A stretch of DNA of 64,000 bases. It comes from Desulfobacterales bacterium (GTDB lineage: Bacteria > Desulfobacterota > Desulfobacteria > Desulfobacterales > UBA2245). The position numbers and the translations under genes were made by a program. The stretch covers positions 186,001 to 250,000 of the forward strand of contig JAXGZF010000005.1 of the NCBI GenBank assembly GCA_040771865.1, read 5' to 3'. Positions 30,846 through 41,182 of this stretch are shown here, one piece after another; within the stretch, counting starts at the first letter, position 1, and every line of letters starts with the position of its first letter. The notes under the pieces are model-generated. The model saw only the letters and a list, made by a program, of their open reading frames with translations. It was not told the origin of the DNA and did no database searches.

Positions 30846-32063
30846 ATGACGAATGAATCCTTAGAGAATGAATCCCACCACGCTCCCCTGTCGTCCAGCG
30901 CATCCGCTTCGTGCGTTCAGATTCAGCCGTCCGTTGAAACGCCCTCTGCCTGCGGCTGTTCATCCGACAACCAGGTCTGCTGCGGCCCTTCTGCGGGACC
31001 GCCCTCTTCGGCCCATGAAAAGCCCGGATACGTCATTCAGGGCTTTGTGGAACGGTTTGCCGAAACCGCCGCCGGAACTGCGCCCATGGTAAAAACCCGA
31101 TGGGAACCCGCGGACGTTCTCGGCGCCATTCGTGCGCGCATTGGGTTCAGGCGCAACGAGTATCGAATAACGCCCGGACTTTACGGGGTAGGCGCCCCTG
31201 GCGCCGATTCGCCCGTCTTCGTTTCCGCGAATTACAAACTCAGTTTCGACCATCTCCGCCGGGCGCTTTCAGGCCGGCCTGCATGGATCCTGGTGCTGGA
31301 CACGCGCGGCATCAACGTCTGGTGCGCCGCCGGCAAAGGCACATTCGGTACGGATGAACTGGTGGAACGCATCCGGCGAACCGGTCTGGCGCAGGTTGTC
31401 CGGCATCGACGGCTGATTCTTCCCCAGCTCGGCGCTGCCGGCGTGGCCGCCCACGAGGTCCGAAAACGATCCGGATTCGAGGTCGTCTGGGGTCCCATCC
31501 GCGCAGCAGACATTCCGCAGTTTTTGAATAACGGCATGCATGCCGCGCTTGCCATGCGCGTGGTTACGTTTTTCTTTCGAGAACGGCTCGTTCTGGTTCC
31601 CGTCGAAATCAGCCTCTTGCTGCGCAAAGGGATTCTGTTCCTTCTTGCCGCGTTTGTCCTTTCCGGCATTGGACCGCACATTTTTTCGTTCGCACAGGCA
31701 TGGGAACGGGGCCTGGCGATGAATGCGGCCATTCTCTGCGGCGTGTTCGCCGGCACCGTGATCGTTCCGCTTCTGCTTCCCTGGATTCCGGGTTCCGCTT
31801 TCGCCGCCAAGGGTGCAATCGCCGCAGCGCCGGCGATACTCTTTCTGCTCGCGGGCATGGGGTTTCAGACCGGAATAATCGACAGCGCCGGTATGGTGCT
31901 GGTTCTGACGGCGATCAGTTCGTATTTGGCCATGAACTTCACAGGTGCGACTCCGTACACCTCTCCATCGGGAGTGGAAAAGGAAATACGCATGACCTTG
32001 CCGTTCCAGGTTGCGGCGGCGGTTCTGGGTTTAATCTTGTGGATTGCGTCCCCGTTCATCTGA
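30846..32063 (+). CDS. hgcA: Mercury methylation corrinoid protein
   Basis: Cap-helix motif NVWCAAGK in a CdhD-like domain (SANYKLSFD, DTRGINVWCAAGKGTFG); C-terminal TM region with YLAMNFTGATPYTSPSGV.KE; followed by hgcB. Confidence 0.95.
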   Translation: MTNESLENESHHAPLSSSASASCVQIQPSVETPSACGCSSDNQVCCGPSAGPPSSAHEKPGYVIQGFVERFAETAAGTAPMVKTRWEPADVLGAIRARIGFRRNEYRITPGLYGVGAPGADSPVFVSANYKLSFDHLRRALSGRPAWILVLDTRGINVWCAAGKGTFGTDELVERIRRTGLAQVVRHRRLILPQLGAAGVAAHEVRKRSGFEVVWGPIRAADIPQFLNNGMHAALAMRVVTFFFRERLVLVPVEISLLLRKGILFLLAAFVLSGIGPHIFSFAQAWERGLAMNAAILCGVFAGTVIVPLLLPWIPGSAFAAKGAIAAAPAILFLLAGMGFQTGIIDSAGMVLVLTAISSYLAMNFTGATPYTSPSGVEKEIRMTLPFQVAAAVLGLILWIASPFI

Positions 32064-32080
32064 AATGGAGAGAAGGCATC

Positions 32081-32374
32081 ATGAAGAAATTGCGATACCT
32101 GAAAAACGTTTCTACCCTGGTTCTGAATACGGATGCATGCATCGGGTGCGGCATGTGCGTCGATGTTTGTCCTCACGCCGTGTTCGATGTGTCCGGGCAA
32201 AAAGCCCGCATTACGGATCGGGACGGGTGCATGGAATGCGGGGCCTGCGCCTTGAATTGCCCGGTTGACGCCATTCGGGTTACGCCCGGAGTCGGCTGCG
32301 CCGCGCATATCATTCAGACTCGAATCAGGTCCGGAAACCTCGGTGTCTGCGGGCCGGGCGGCGCCTGTTGCTGA
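32081..32374 (+). CDS. hgcB: Mercury methylation ferredoxin
   Basis: CIGCGMCVDVCP and CMECGACALNCP, GVGCA, terminal CC; 17 bp after hgcA. Confidence 0.94.
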   Translation: MKKLRYLKNVSTLVLNTDACIGCGMCVDVCPHAVFDVSGQKARITDRDGCMECGACALNCPVDAIRVTPGVGCAAHIIQTRIRSGNLGVCGPGGACC

Positions 32375-32437
32375 AACGTTTCTTCAATGCCGCCGAAAGC
32401 AAGTCCCGATTCTTTCTATGCATCCGCTATTGGCGCT

Positions 32438-33430
32438 TTAGAAAAACAGACGGGAAGCAACCAATCCGTTTTCCATCAAATAATTCAGAATGGGGTCGCG
32501 TCCTTCCAGAACCACTCGTCTGGTTGGCGTTTCCTGCACCACCATCAAGGGCATGTTGCGAAAGCCGCTGTTGCGCATAAAGACTCCGCCTTTGTGCGCA
32601 GCCTCGGCGGTCTTGGGCAGGATATCCACGTCCGGCGCAGGTGCGTTCTTCAATACCAGAATCGCACTGAAGGGGTTGATAGCCGCAAGCGGATGGTCCA
32701 GAAGCGCGGACAGCATACGCTGGTCGTCCGGCTTTGTGTCCAGCGCAATCAGATGCCAGTCCCCGCCCTGTGGGGGATGAGCCGCCAGGCTGGCCAGCAC
32801 CCCGGAACATTGGGGACAGTGAAGGCTGAAGAAATAGAAAATTTGCACGCCATTCGGCTGTGCCGGCCGAAAGGTCGTCAGAACGGCCTGCCGAAGGTCA
32901 GGGGTTTTCTCCGGAAAGGCGAAAAACGCCTGAGATGCGAATCCCGCACTCCATACGGCTATGCCCATTGCCACGACCGCCACCGATCTGCGCATCCAGC
33001 CGAAAGCTGCAAGAATGAGAAGCAGCGATGCGCCGACGGTATAGCACAGCACGCAGGCTTCCTGAATGCCGAAGCGCTGAAACCCGAGAATCCCGCCGTC
33101 AAAGGCCAGACCGGTGGTCAGAATTACTGAGACAAGCGTCCACAGCCAGGGCTTATCCAGGCGCTTGCCCAGATACAGCAAGCCGGTCAGTATCCAGAAA
33201 AAAATCACGCCCAACCCAATGAACATGATTTCGCCATATTTGACGAATGTGCCGACTACAGCGCACCCGGCCGTAGGACACATGCCTCCATGACCAGCCT
33301 TTTGCAACCCGTATTCAAGGCTCAGCAACAGAGCTGCAATGATGGCCGGCGCCAGGGGAACATACGACCGAATACGGGAACCTGCATCTTTTGCTCTGTC
33401 GTGGGCGCTCATCTTTCGATCGTGCGTCAT
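32438..33430 (-). CDS. Membrane protein, VKOR-like domain plus thioredoxin-like CxxC domain
   Basis: CPTAGCAVV loop cysteines, TM CVLC, C-terminal FFSLHCPQC. Confidence 0.6.
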   Translation of the reverse strand: MTHDRKMSAHDRAKDAGSRIRSYVPLAPAIIAALLLSLEYGLQKAGHGGMCPTAGCAVVGTFVKYGEIMFIGLGVIFFWILTGLLYLGKRLDKPWLWTLVSVILTTGLAFDGGILGFQRFGIQEACVLCYTVGASLLLILAAFGWMRRSVAVVAMGIAVWSAGFASQAFFAFPEKTPDLRQAVLTTFRPAQPNGVQIFYFFSLHCPQCSGVLASLAAHPPQGGDWHLIALDTKPDDQRMLSALLDHPLAAINPFSAILVLKNAPAPDVDILPKTAEAAHKGGVFMRNSGFRNMPLMVVQETPTRRVVLEGRDPILNYLMENGLVASRLFF

Positions 33431-33594
33431 TGAGTGAATTCCTTCTTTCTTATTATTCCATTCCTCGTATTTCAGTTCCCCTCAACCAGCAACATCGTGA
33501 TTGCATGCAGAAAAAAACGGGTTGATTCACTCTGGAAATGATAAACAGACAAAAAACACAGTGGTTCAAAATCAATCGGAAAACCGGGTCAGAT

Positions 33595-34272
33595 TCACTC
33601 GAATGAACAGCAGTCATCCTTTGACGGAGGCGGGGCGCCGTCAAGGTTGCCGCACTGGCCCTTCATGCTGCCGTTGACGGTGTTGCCCCCACCGGTGGGA
33701 GTAAAAACGTTCTCCTTACACTCTAAGCTGCCGTTGACGGTGTTGCCGGTGATGGACGCTCCGCCGGCGTTTTTAAAAACCTGAAGATTGCCGCCGATCA
33801 TGTTGTTGGCGACTTTCAAGGGGCGGGTGTTTTCGAGGAAAGAAAGGTCGCCGCCAATTTTCACGCCGTCGATATCTGCTGCGCCCGACTGCTTGACCTG
33901 AATATCACCGCCCGCGAATGAGCCGGGGAAAACGTTTATGCGGGATGCTTTTTCAGCCCGGATATTACCGTTTACGTGGATGTTGAAGGCGTCCAGAGCG
34001 GCATTCGTTTCCAACTTGATGTTGCCGTCCACACGGATGTTGAAAGCGTACAGCGTGGCGTTTGTTTCCACCCGGATGTCGCCCTTCACTTGCGTGCCGT
34101 TTAAGGTGCACGTGGCATTTTGAGGGACGCGCAAGCTATCCTTGGAATCCGCGCCCATCGAAGCGGTACAGGCGCACTCATCCGCCAGGGCGGGGAGACG
34201 GACCGAAAACATCAATCCCAGTGACAGGGCTAATACCAACAGCATCGTCTTCCAGACAGGTTGCTTGTTCAT
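33595..34272 (-). CDS. Secreted beta-helix-like repeat protein
   Basis: Signal peptide ending PALA; repeated V.GNI.. units and repeated GNTVNGS. Confidence 0.65.
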   Translation of the reverse strand: MNKQPVWKTMLLVLALSLGLMFSVRLPALADECACTASMGADSKDSLRVPQNATCTLNGTQVKGDIRVETNATLYAFNIRVDGNIKLETNAALDAFNIHVNGNIRAEKASRINVFPGSFAGGDIQVKQSGAADIDGVKIGGDLSFLENTRPLKVANNMIGGNLQVFKNAGGASITGNTVNGSLECKENVFTPTGGGNTVNGSMKGQCGNLDGAPPPSKDDCCSFE

Positions 34273-34461
34273 CTGCTCTCACTATTTTTACACAGTAATT
34301 TCAGGTGGGTTTTTTGCATCAAGCGTTTGTAAATATTGTTCTTTTCCATATTCTCGGGATACGAGAAACATGATCGGCGTTGATGTTTTGGATTTAATTG
34401 CCGTTTCGAAGAAAGATGGGCCAGCTCTGGCCGGCCCGTTCATCTGTTTATTTCATTTGTG

Positions 34462-34968
34462 CTATTTGGAAACAGGATAACCCGCTTCTTCCCATGCAAC
34501 GATTCCGCCAGGATATTTATAGACGTTCTTGAAGCCGTTATCGGCAAGAATAGTTGCCGCAATCGTGCTTCTTCTGCACGCTACAAATCCGCAGTAGACA
34601 ACGATTGTCTTCTCTTTGTCGGATCCAGCAACTTTGAGCAGGTTGTCCTTGTCGGCCGCCGCAAGTTCCGCCTCGGTCTTGGGCATGGCGCCGCTTAATG
34701 CGCCCGGAAGAGTGCCAAACTGCTTGTCTTCATCAGCGGGGAGTGAACTGATGACGGTAAAAGTCTTTCCCTCGTCATACCATTTCTTCAAATCATCGGT
34801 TGCGATGAGATTGAAGCCGCTTCCTTTTGCATCAGCCACGAGTTTCACGGCCGCTTTTTCAATCGGTATTTCCTTGCCTTCGGGCGAGGTGCCGTGACCC
34901 GCTTGCGCCCAGGAAACGAAAACAAACGACATGATTGCAACAACGGCGAACATTTGAAATTTCTTCAT
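34462..34968 (-). CDS. Periplasmic rhodanese-like domain protein
   Basis: Signal peptide, IVVYCGFVACRRS, YPGGIVAWEEAGYP. Confidence 0.88.
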   Translation of the reverse strand: MKKFQMFAVVAIMSFVFVSWAQAGHGTSPEGKEIPIEKAAVKLVADAKGSGFNLIATDDLKKWYDEGKTFTVISSLPADEDKQFGTLPGALSGAMPKTEAELAAADKDNLLKVAGSDKEKTIVVYCGFVACRRSTIAATILADNGFKNVYKYPGGIVAWEEAGYPVSK

Positions 34969-35020
34969 TGCATCCTCCTGTGAGTTAAATTTAAAAGTCT
35001 TTCAAAAAGTCAAAATCGTT

Positions 35021-35107
35021 ATGGTATAATAAAAAGTTCAAGTTCAGGGCGTCGCAAACCCCGAGGGATGGAGCGCAATACAGAAATCGGACTTTTTACG
35101 AAGCCAT
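35021..35107. mobile_element. Degenerate short element of a second MITE-like family
   Basis: Imperfect terminal IR atggtataataaaaagttc / ggactttttacgaagccat; a solo matching end gacggcttcgtaaaaagtcc at 19622-19641. Confidence 0.5.
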
Positions 35108-35507
35108 AAAAATTGTGGGATCATAAATAGTAAGGAAGTAAATTGTCAAATAGTTAATGTCGATGTTATAAATAATACATATCGAGTTTAACAATAGCTG
35201 GTTCGCCATTTGCCGTTTCCAGCCGAAGGTTCATCCATGGAGGCATCCGTGCTGTTGCGATTCAGTCGATCGGGTGCGGATGGGCTTAAGGTTGAGGCGG
35301 CATGCATCGGGAAAAAGTCGTGCCATTGTGCAATTCCGTGGGTCACCTCTCTGAATTCAAAAGCAAGCACGACGTTCCCGGAATTTTGTGACCGTTAATG
35401 GTTAATCAATTTGACAGGATTTCCGGCAATGGATATTCTGGCAGAAAAGATCGGGTCATTCAGAAAACGCGAAAGAACGGATCACCCTTTGAGCGGGGGA
35501 AAATGCC

Positions 35508-36482
35508 ATGAAAAAAATGCAGCTGATAACCATAATTGTCATCGCGATGGCCCTGTTCGTTCCGGGCTGCTATGTCGGCGTCGAACCGGATTATGACGTC
35601 TACAGAGACGGAGGCGCCTACGAACCGCCGCCGATCGCATTTAGTGGGTTTCCTTATTTAGTAGTGATACCAGATACATACGATGTCTACGTGGCTGCCG
35701 ATATCAGTGTGGACCTGTTTTTCTGGAATGGCTGGTGGTGGCGCCCCTGGGGAGGCCGCTGGTATCGATCAAAGTATTATGACCGGGCCTGGGTCCATTA
35801 TAATGATATTCCAGGTTTTTATTTTGATTTGGACCCGGATTGGCGGGGATATTACCGGGGCCGTAACTGGCATGGATACCGGTGGGAATATCAGCGGATT
35901 CCTTACCACAAAGTTCAACAGAACTGGAAGAACTGGCAGAATGACCGGCACTGGGAAAGACAAAGAACCTGGGACGTCAGGAACTATAAGCCTCGACCGC
36001 CACAGCAGAGAGAGGCAATAAGACAATTAAGACAGCAGCAATATCAGCGGAGTCAGCCCCAGGTTCAACAGCCGCAGAGAGAGCAACGGGTTGAGCAACC
36101 GCGAAGGCAGCCTCAGATTCAAAAGCCTCAGGCTCAGCAACCCCAGAGGCAGCCTCAGGTAAAGCAGCCGCAGAAGCAGCAACCGCAGCGACAGCCCCAG
36201 TTAAAGCAACCGAAGAGAGAGCCACGGGTTGAACAACAATGGAGTCAGCCCCGGATGCAGGATCAGCAGCGACAGCCTCAGGTTCAGCAACCCCAGAGAG
36301 GGTCTCAGGTAAAGCAGCCGCAGAAAGAGCCGCAGCGGCAGCCACGGGTCGAACAGCCGCAGCGACAGCCTCAGGTTCAGCAGCAACGGAGAGATCCTCA
36401 GGTAAAGCAGCCTCAGAGGCAGCCCCGGGTTGAACAACCCCGGGAGCAGCCTGAGGTTCAAAAAGAGGTCGATCGGCAATAG
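35508..36482 (+). CDS. Putative lipoprotein with W/Y-rich domain and Q/P/R-rich repeat tail
   Basis: Signal with lipobox-like VPGC; FFWNGWWWRPWGGRWY; many QPQV.QPQR repeats. Confidence 0.7.
   Translation: MKKMQLITIIVIAMALFVPGCYVGVEPDYDVYRDGGAYEPPPIAFSGFPYLVVIPDTYDVYVAADISVDLFFWNGWWWRPWGGRWYRSKYYDRAWVHYNDIPGFYFDLDPDWRGYYRGRNWHGYRWEYQRIPYHKVQQNWKNWQNDRHWERQRTWDVRNYKPRPPQQREAIRQLRQQQYQRSQPQVQQPQREQRVEQPRRQPQIQKPQAQQPQRQPQVKQPQKQQPQRQPQLKQPKREPRVEQQWSQPRMQDQQRQPQVQQPQRGSQVKQPQKEPQRQPRVEQPQRQPQVQQQRRDPQVKQPQRQPRVEQPREQPEVQKEVDRQ
36054..36460 (+). repeat. Coding tandem repeats (QPQVxQPQR units)
   Basis: Recurring cagcctcaggt.../gaacaacc units within the CDS. Confidence 0.8.
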
Positions 36483-36772
36483 TGGACAAACAGGCGGACC
36501 GGGTTTCCCGAACAGGAAACCGGAATGGATCTTCGGGAAACCGCCCTGATTTTATATGGCATTCCAAACGTAAAAACCGGGACCCAAAAAGAAACACCCG
36601 TAACAGGGTGTGGAAAACAAGAATCAGTCAAAACAAACGGTCAATCAGGGCAAAAAGTTTGTAAAGACATGGGCCTCATGTTCCCGGAATGATTCATGCC
36701 AATATATCAATGCCCGTCCCCGAGATGCCGTCCCCGAGATGCAATATGGATTGTATATAGGAGGATCAACCC

Positions 36773-36982
36773 ATGAGAGAATTCAGCGTAATAATTGAAA
36801 AAGATGAAGATGGCTATTTTGTTGCCTCGGTGCCGGCCCTTCGAGGGTGCCATACTCAAGCAAAATCGCTTGACACGCTGATGAAGAGAATAAAAGAGGC
36901 TATTGAGCTTTGTCTTGAGGTGGAAGAGCCTGTTTCCAATGAGTTCATCGGCGTGCAAAAAGTGGCGATTGTCAACTCATGA
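36773..36982 (+). CDS. hicB: HicB family antitoxin
   Basis: VIIEKDEDGYFVASVPALRGCHTQA...IKEAIELCLE. Confidence 0.9.
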   Translation: MREFSVIIEKDEDGYFVASVPALRGCHTQAKSLDTLMKRIKEAIELCLEVEEPVSNEFIGVQKVAIVNS

Positions 36983-37203
36983 CCCCTTTTCCTTCCATAA
37001 CGGGCAGTCAGCTGATTCGCGCCTTGCGCCAATTTGGATTCGAGACGATGCGCGTGAAAGGCAGTCATCATTTCCTTCAACATCCAGACGGCCGCTGCAC
37101 GGTTGTTCCTGTACACAGAGGAGAGGTTGTGGGTCGTGGGCTTCTTGCTCAAATATTACGCGACTGCGAGATTACAAGGGAAGAACTGAAAAAGACGCTT
37201 TAA
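36979..37203 (+). CDS. hicA: HicA family toxin (mRNA interferase)
   Basis: RVKGSHHFLQHPDGRCTVVPVH...GLLAQIL. Confidence 0.92.
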   Translation: MTPFPSITGSQLIRALRQFGFETMRVKGSHHFLQHPDGRCTVVPVHRGEVVGRGLLAQILRDCEITREELKKTL

Positions 37204-37229
37204 CAGGGTGTTGAAAAACAAGAATCAGT

Positions 37230-37310
37230 CGGAAACCTTTGATTGAAAGAATTGAACGCCAGCCGGGCAGGGAATTCAAAGGCCAGAAACCGGGTCCCGA
37301 AAAAATAAGT
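37230..37310 (+). repeat. RAYT-tail-like repeat
   Basis: Translates [21 protein letters not shown]; directly fused to a MITE half-end at 37201-37230. Confidence 0.8.
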
Positions 37311-37351
37311 CAGGCGCTCCAGGCATTTCGGAATTTCAAAGAGGTTCATTT

Positions 37352-39703
37352 TTGGACAAAATCCATAAAAAGGAACTCAGCGAAACAGACATCTGCGATC
37401 TGTTCATCACCCCGGCAATCAAAGATGCCGGTTGGGATCCTATGCGGCAGATCCGCCGCGAGGCAAAGCTCACGCCCGGCCCGGTCGTGGTCAGGGGCAA
37501 CCTGTCGTCCCGCAACAAGAAAAAGATCAAGTTCGCAGACTATGTTCTTTCCTGGGAGCCCGGAGTGCCGGTTGCCGTTGTCGAAGCCAAGGGCAACAAC
37601 CACGCGGTGGGTCACGGCATGCAGCAGGCCCTGGGGTATGCCGAAATTCTGCAGGTTCCAAGCGCGTTCAGCTCAAATGGAGAGGCCTTTGCCTCGCACA
37701 ACAAGGTTCCGGTAGACGGGGAGGAAACCGAAACCCAATTTGCGATGGATCAGTTTCCATCTCCGCCAACGCTCTGGCAGCGGTACAAAACATATCGCGG
37801 CATTGACGACGCTTCGGAAAAACTCGTCCTGGAGCCGTATCATTCCGACAGTTCCGGCAAGGAACCGCGCTATTATCAGGTCGAGGCGATCAACCGGGTG
37901 GTCGAAGCCGTCGCCAGAGGCCGGAAGCGCATATTGCTGGTCATGGCCACCGGTACCGGAAAAACCTACACCACTTTTCAAATTATCTGGCGGCTCTGGA
38001 AGGCAAAGGCCGTCAGTCGAGTTCTGTTTCTCGTCGACCGGAATATTCTGGCCGATCAAACGCTGGTCAACGACTTCAAGCCCTTTGGCCCCGTCATGGC
38101 CAAGGTCAAAAACAGGAAAATAGATCCGTCCTACGAAATCCACGTGGCCCTCTATCAGGCCATTACCGGCCCGAACGAGGAAGACAAAATCTTCAAGAAC
38201 GTTTCCCCTGATTTTTTTGACATGATCGTCATCGATGAGTGTCACCGCGGAAGCGCGGCCGACGATTCGGCCTGGAGAGAGATTCTCGAATATTTTTCCG
38301 AAGCCGTGCAAGTAGGCATGACCGCCACGCCCAAGGAGACAAAATACGTTTCCAATCTCACCTATTTCGGCGATCCTGTGTATACCTACAGCCTGAAGCA
38401 GGGAATCGAGGACGGTTTTCTGGCGCCCTACAAAGTGGTGCGCATCGATATCGACAAAGACATCTACGGGTGGACTCCGCCGCCGGGCATGAAGGATGAT
38501 CTTGGCCAGGAGCTCGAAAACCGCGCCTACAACCAGAAAGACATGGACCGGATACTGGTGCTCAATCAGCGCACCAAACTGGTGGCCAGACGCGTCATGC
38601 AATTTCTTCGCGCAACCGATCCGTTTGCAAAGACCATCATCTTTTGCGAAGACATCGACCACGCCGAACGCATGCGAGCGGCCGTCGTCAACGCCGCCGG
38701 TCCGCTTGCCCTTGAGCATTCAAAATACGTCATGCGCATTACCGGAGACAGCTCCGAAGGCAAGGCCGAGCTCGACAATTTTATCGATCCTGAAAGCCGA
38801 TTTCCCGTTGTTGCGACCACCTCGGAGCTCCTGACCACCGGCGTGGACGCCAAGACCTGCAAGCTGATCGTGCTGGATAAAACCATCAACTCCATGACGC
38901 TGTTCAAGCAGATCATCGGACGAGGCACTCGCATAGAAGAAGAGCACAATAAATTTTTCTTCACCATCATGGATTTCAAAAAGGCAACCGAGCTTTTCAG
39001 AGATCCTGACTTTGACGGAGAGCCGGTGGTGATTTATGAACCCGGCAAAGACGACGACCCGGTCCCGCCTGATCCGGAATACCCCGATGACGATGATGAC
39101 GGCGATGACGAGGATGAAGACAAAGGCATAAGAAAATTCGTCGTCAGCGGCGTTTCGGTTAGAATCATCGCCGAGCGCGTTGAATACTACGGACCGAACG
39201 GCAATCTGATCACCGAATCATACCGGGATTTCACCCGCAGGCAGGTTTTGTCCAGATTCGCATCCCTGGACGATTTTCTTCGGCGCTGGCGCAGGGCTCA
39301 GAAAAAGCAGGTCATCATTGAGTTGCTCGAGGAGCAGGGCGTCTTCCTGGACAATCTTGCCCAGGAGGTCGGCAAGGACTATGGCGACTTTGACCTGATC
39401 TGCCACATCGCTTATGATCAGCCTCCGCTCACTCGAAAGGAGCGGGTCAACAATGTCAGAAAACGTAACTATTTCACCCGGTACGGCGAGCAGGCCAGAG
39501 CGGTGCTCAACGCCCTGCTCGACAAATACGCCGATGAGGGCATACGGACGATTGAAAATGCAAAGATTCTCAAACTCAAACCGTTCAGCGACATGGGTAC
39601 CCCCATGGAAATCATCAACCAGGCTTTCGGCGGCAAGACGAACTACGAAAAAGCCGTTCAGGAACTCGAACAGGAACTCTACCATCGGGAACTCAGCGCA
39701 TGA
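37352..39703 (+). CDS. hsdR: Type I restriction endonuclease subunit R (EcoAI/EcoEI-like)
   Basis: ADYVL...VVEAK nuclease, [24 protein letters not shown]. Confidence 0.95.
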   Translation: MDKIHKKELSETDICDLFITPAIKDAGWDPMRQIRREAKLTPGPVVVRGNLSSRNKKKIKFADYVLSWEPGVPVAVVEAKGNNHAVGHGMQQALGYAEILQVPSAFSSNGEAFASHNKVPVDGEETETQFAMDQFPSPPTLWQRYKTYRGIDDASEKLVLEPYHSDSSGKEPRYYQVEAINRVVEAVARGRKRILLVMATGTGKTYTTFQIIWRLWKAKAVSRVLFLVDRNILADQTLVNDFKPFGPVMAKVKNRKIDPSYEIHVALYQAITGPNEEDKIFKNVSPDFFDMIVIDECHRGSAADDSAWREILEYFSEAVQVGMTATPKETKYVSNLTYFGDPVYTYSLKQGIEDGFLAPYKVVRIDIDKDIYGWTPPPGMKDDLGQELENRAYNQKDMDRILVLNQRTKLVARRVMQFLRATDPFAKTIIFCEDIDHAERMRAAVVNAAGPLALEHSKYVMRITGDSSEGKAELDNFIDPESRFPVVATTSELLTTGVDAKTCKLIVLDKTINSMTLFKQIIGRGTRIEEEHNKFFFTIMDFKKATELFRDPDFDGEPVVIYEPGKDDDPVPPDPEYPDDDDDGDDEDEDKGIRKFVVSGVSVRIIAERVEYYGPNGNLITESYRDFTRRQVLSRFASLDDFLRRWRRAQKKQVIIELLEEQGVFLDNLAQEVGKDYGDFDLICHIAYDQPPLTRKERVNNVRKRNYFTRYGEQARAVLNALLDKYADEGIRTIENAKILKLKPFSDMGTPMEIINQAFGGKTNYEKAVQELEQELYHRELSA

Positions 39704-41181
39704 GCAACATCTCGGGTATTATTAAATCCATTCAGGATATCATGCGCAAAGACGTTGGCGTTGACGGCGACGCCCAGCGGATCAGTCAGCTGGTCTGGAT
39801 GTTTTTTCTCAAGATCTTTGATGACCGGGAAGGCGAACTGGAACTGCTCGAAGACGGCTACCGCTCCCCGCTGCCGGAACACCTGCGCTGGCGGTCCTGG
39901 GCAAAGAATCCGGAAGGCATGACCGGCGACGAGCTGTCCGATTTCGTCAACCTGCAGCTCTTTCCGGCCCTGAAGAACAAGCTCAACGTTCACGGGCCAG
40001 GCGCAAAACGCGCCCAGGTGGTGCGGGATCTGTTTGAAGACGCCTACAACTACATGAAATCCGGCACCCTGATGCGCCAGGTGATCAACAAGATCTGCGA
40101 GATCGACTTCAACACCCGGAAAGACCGCCACACCTTCGGCAGCATCTACGAGCAGATCCTCAAAGACCTGCAAAGCGCGGGCAACGCCGGGGAGTTCTAC
40201 ACGCCTCGCGCCGTCACTCAATTTGTCGTCGACCGGATCGACCCGAAGCTGGAGGAAACCGTGCTCGACCCGGCCTGCGGCACCGGCGGCTTTCTGACCT
40301 GCGCCATCGAGCACAAGCGCGAACGCTACGTCAGGACCGCCGGAGACGAAGAAATCCTGCAGGCCTCCATTCATGGCGTCGACAAAAAATCCCTGCCGCA
40401 CATGCTCTGCGTCACCAACATGATTCTGCACGGCATCGACACGCCCACCAGCATCCGGCACGACAACACCCTGAGCCGGCCTTTGCGGGACTATACCGGC
40501 AAAGACCGCGTCAACGTCATCGTCACCAACCCGCCCTTTGGCGGCATGGAGGAAGACGGCATCGAAAACAACTTTCCGGCCAGCTTCCGCACCCGTGAAA
40601 CCGCCGACCTGTTCATGACGCTGATCATTCACCTGCTGAAAGACCAGGGACGCGCGGCCGTGGTCCTGCCCGACGGCTTTTTCTTTGGCGAAGGCATGAA
40701 AACAAGGCTCAAGGAAAAACTGCTGGCGGAATGCGACCTGCACACCATCGTCCGGCTGCCCAACGGCGTGTTCAATCCCTATACCGGCATTAAAACCAAC
40801 CTGCTCTTTTTCACCAAAGGCCGGCCCACCGGGAATATCTGGTATTACGAGCATCCTTACCCGAAGGGTGCAAAAAGCTACAATAAAACCAAGCCCATGC
40901 GCTTTGAAGAATTCCAGACCGAAATCGACTGGTGGGGAACCGAGGCCGATGGCTTTGCCGCCAGGGTCGAAACCGAACAGGCCTGGAAGGTTTCCGTCGA
41001 TGAGATCAAGGCGCGCAACTACAACCTGGACATCAAAAACCCGCATGTCGCCGAACAGGTCAGTTATGATCCGGATAAGCTGCTGGAAAAACACGCCAGG
41101 CAGCAGCAGGAAATATCCGCACTGCGAAACCAACTGAAAGCCATTCTGGCCGAGGCCCTCAACAGCGGGGGCGCAGCTTAA
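39700..41181 (+). CDS. hsdM: Type I R-M N6-adenine methyltransferase
   Basis: [25 protein letters not shown]. Confidence 0.96.
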   Translation: MSNISGIIKSIQDIMRKDVGVDGDAQRISQLVWMFFLKIFDDREGELELLEDGYRSPLPEHLRWRSWAKNPEGMTGDELSDFVNLQLFPALKNKLNVHGPGAKRAQVVRDLFEDAYNYMKSGTLMRQVINKICEIDFNTRKDRHTFGSIYEQILKDLQSAGNAGEFYTPRAVTQFVVDRIDPKLEETVLDPACGTGGFLTCAIEHKRERYVRTAGDEEILQASIHGVDKKSLPHMLCVTNMILHGIDTPTSIRHDNTLSRPLRDYTGKDRVNVIVTNPPFGGMEEDGIENNFPASFRTRETADLFMTLIIHLLKDQGRAAVVLPDGFFFGEGMKTRLKEKLLAECDLHTIVRLPNGVFNPYTGIKTNLLFFTKGRPTGNIWYYEHPYPKGAKSYNKTKPMRFEEFQTEIDWWGTEADGFAARVETEQAWKVSVDEIKARNYNLDIKNPHVAEQVSYDPDKLLEKHARQQQEISALRNQLKAILAEALNSGGAA

Positions 41182-41182
41182 A

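Noticed and set aside
30846..32063. Acetyl-CoA synthase corrinoid subunit (CdhD/E)
   Set aside because: NVWCAAGK, the C-terminal TM domain and adjacent hgcB identify HgcA.
32372..32430. Selenocysteine read-through of the hgcB TGA after CC
   Set aside because: HgcB normally ends near the CC motif and I see no convincing SECIS hairpin; a bSECIS search would settle it.
36054..36460. CRISPR array
   Set aside because: The repeats are in-frame coding units without unique spacers; no cas genes.
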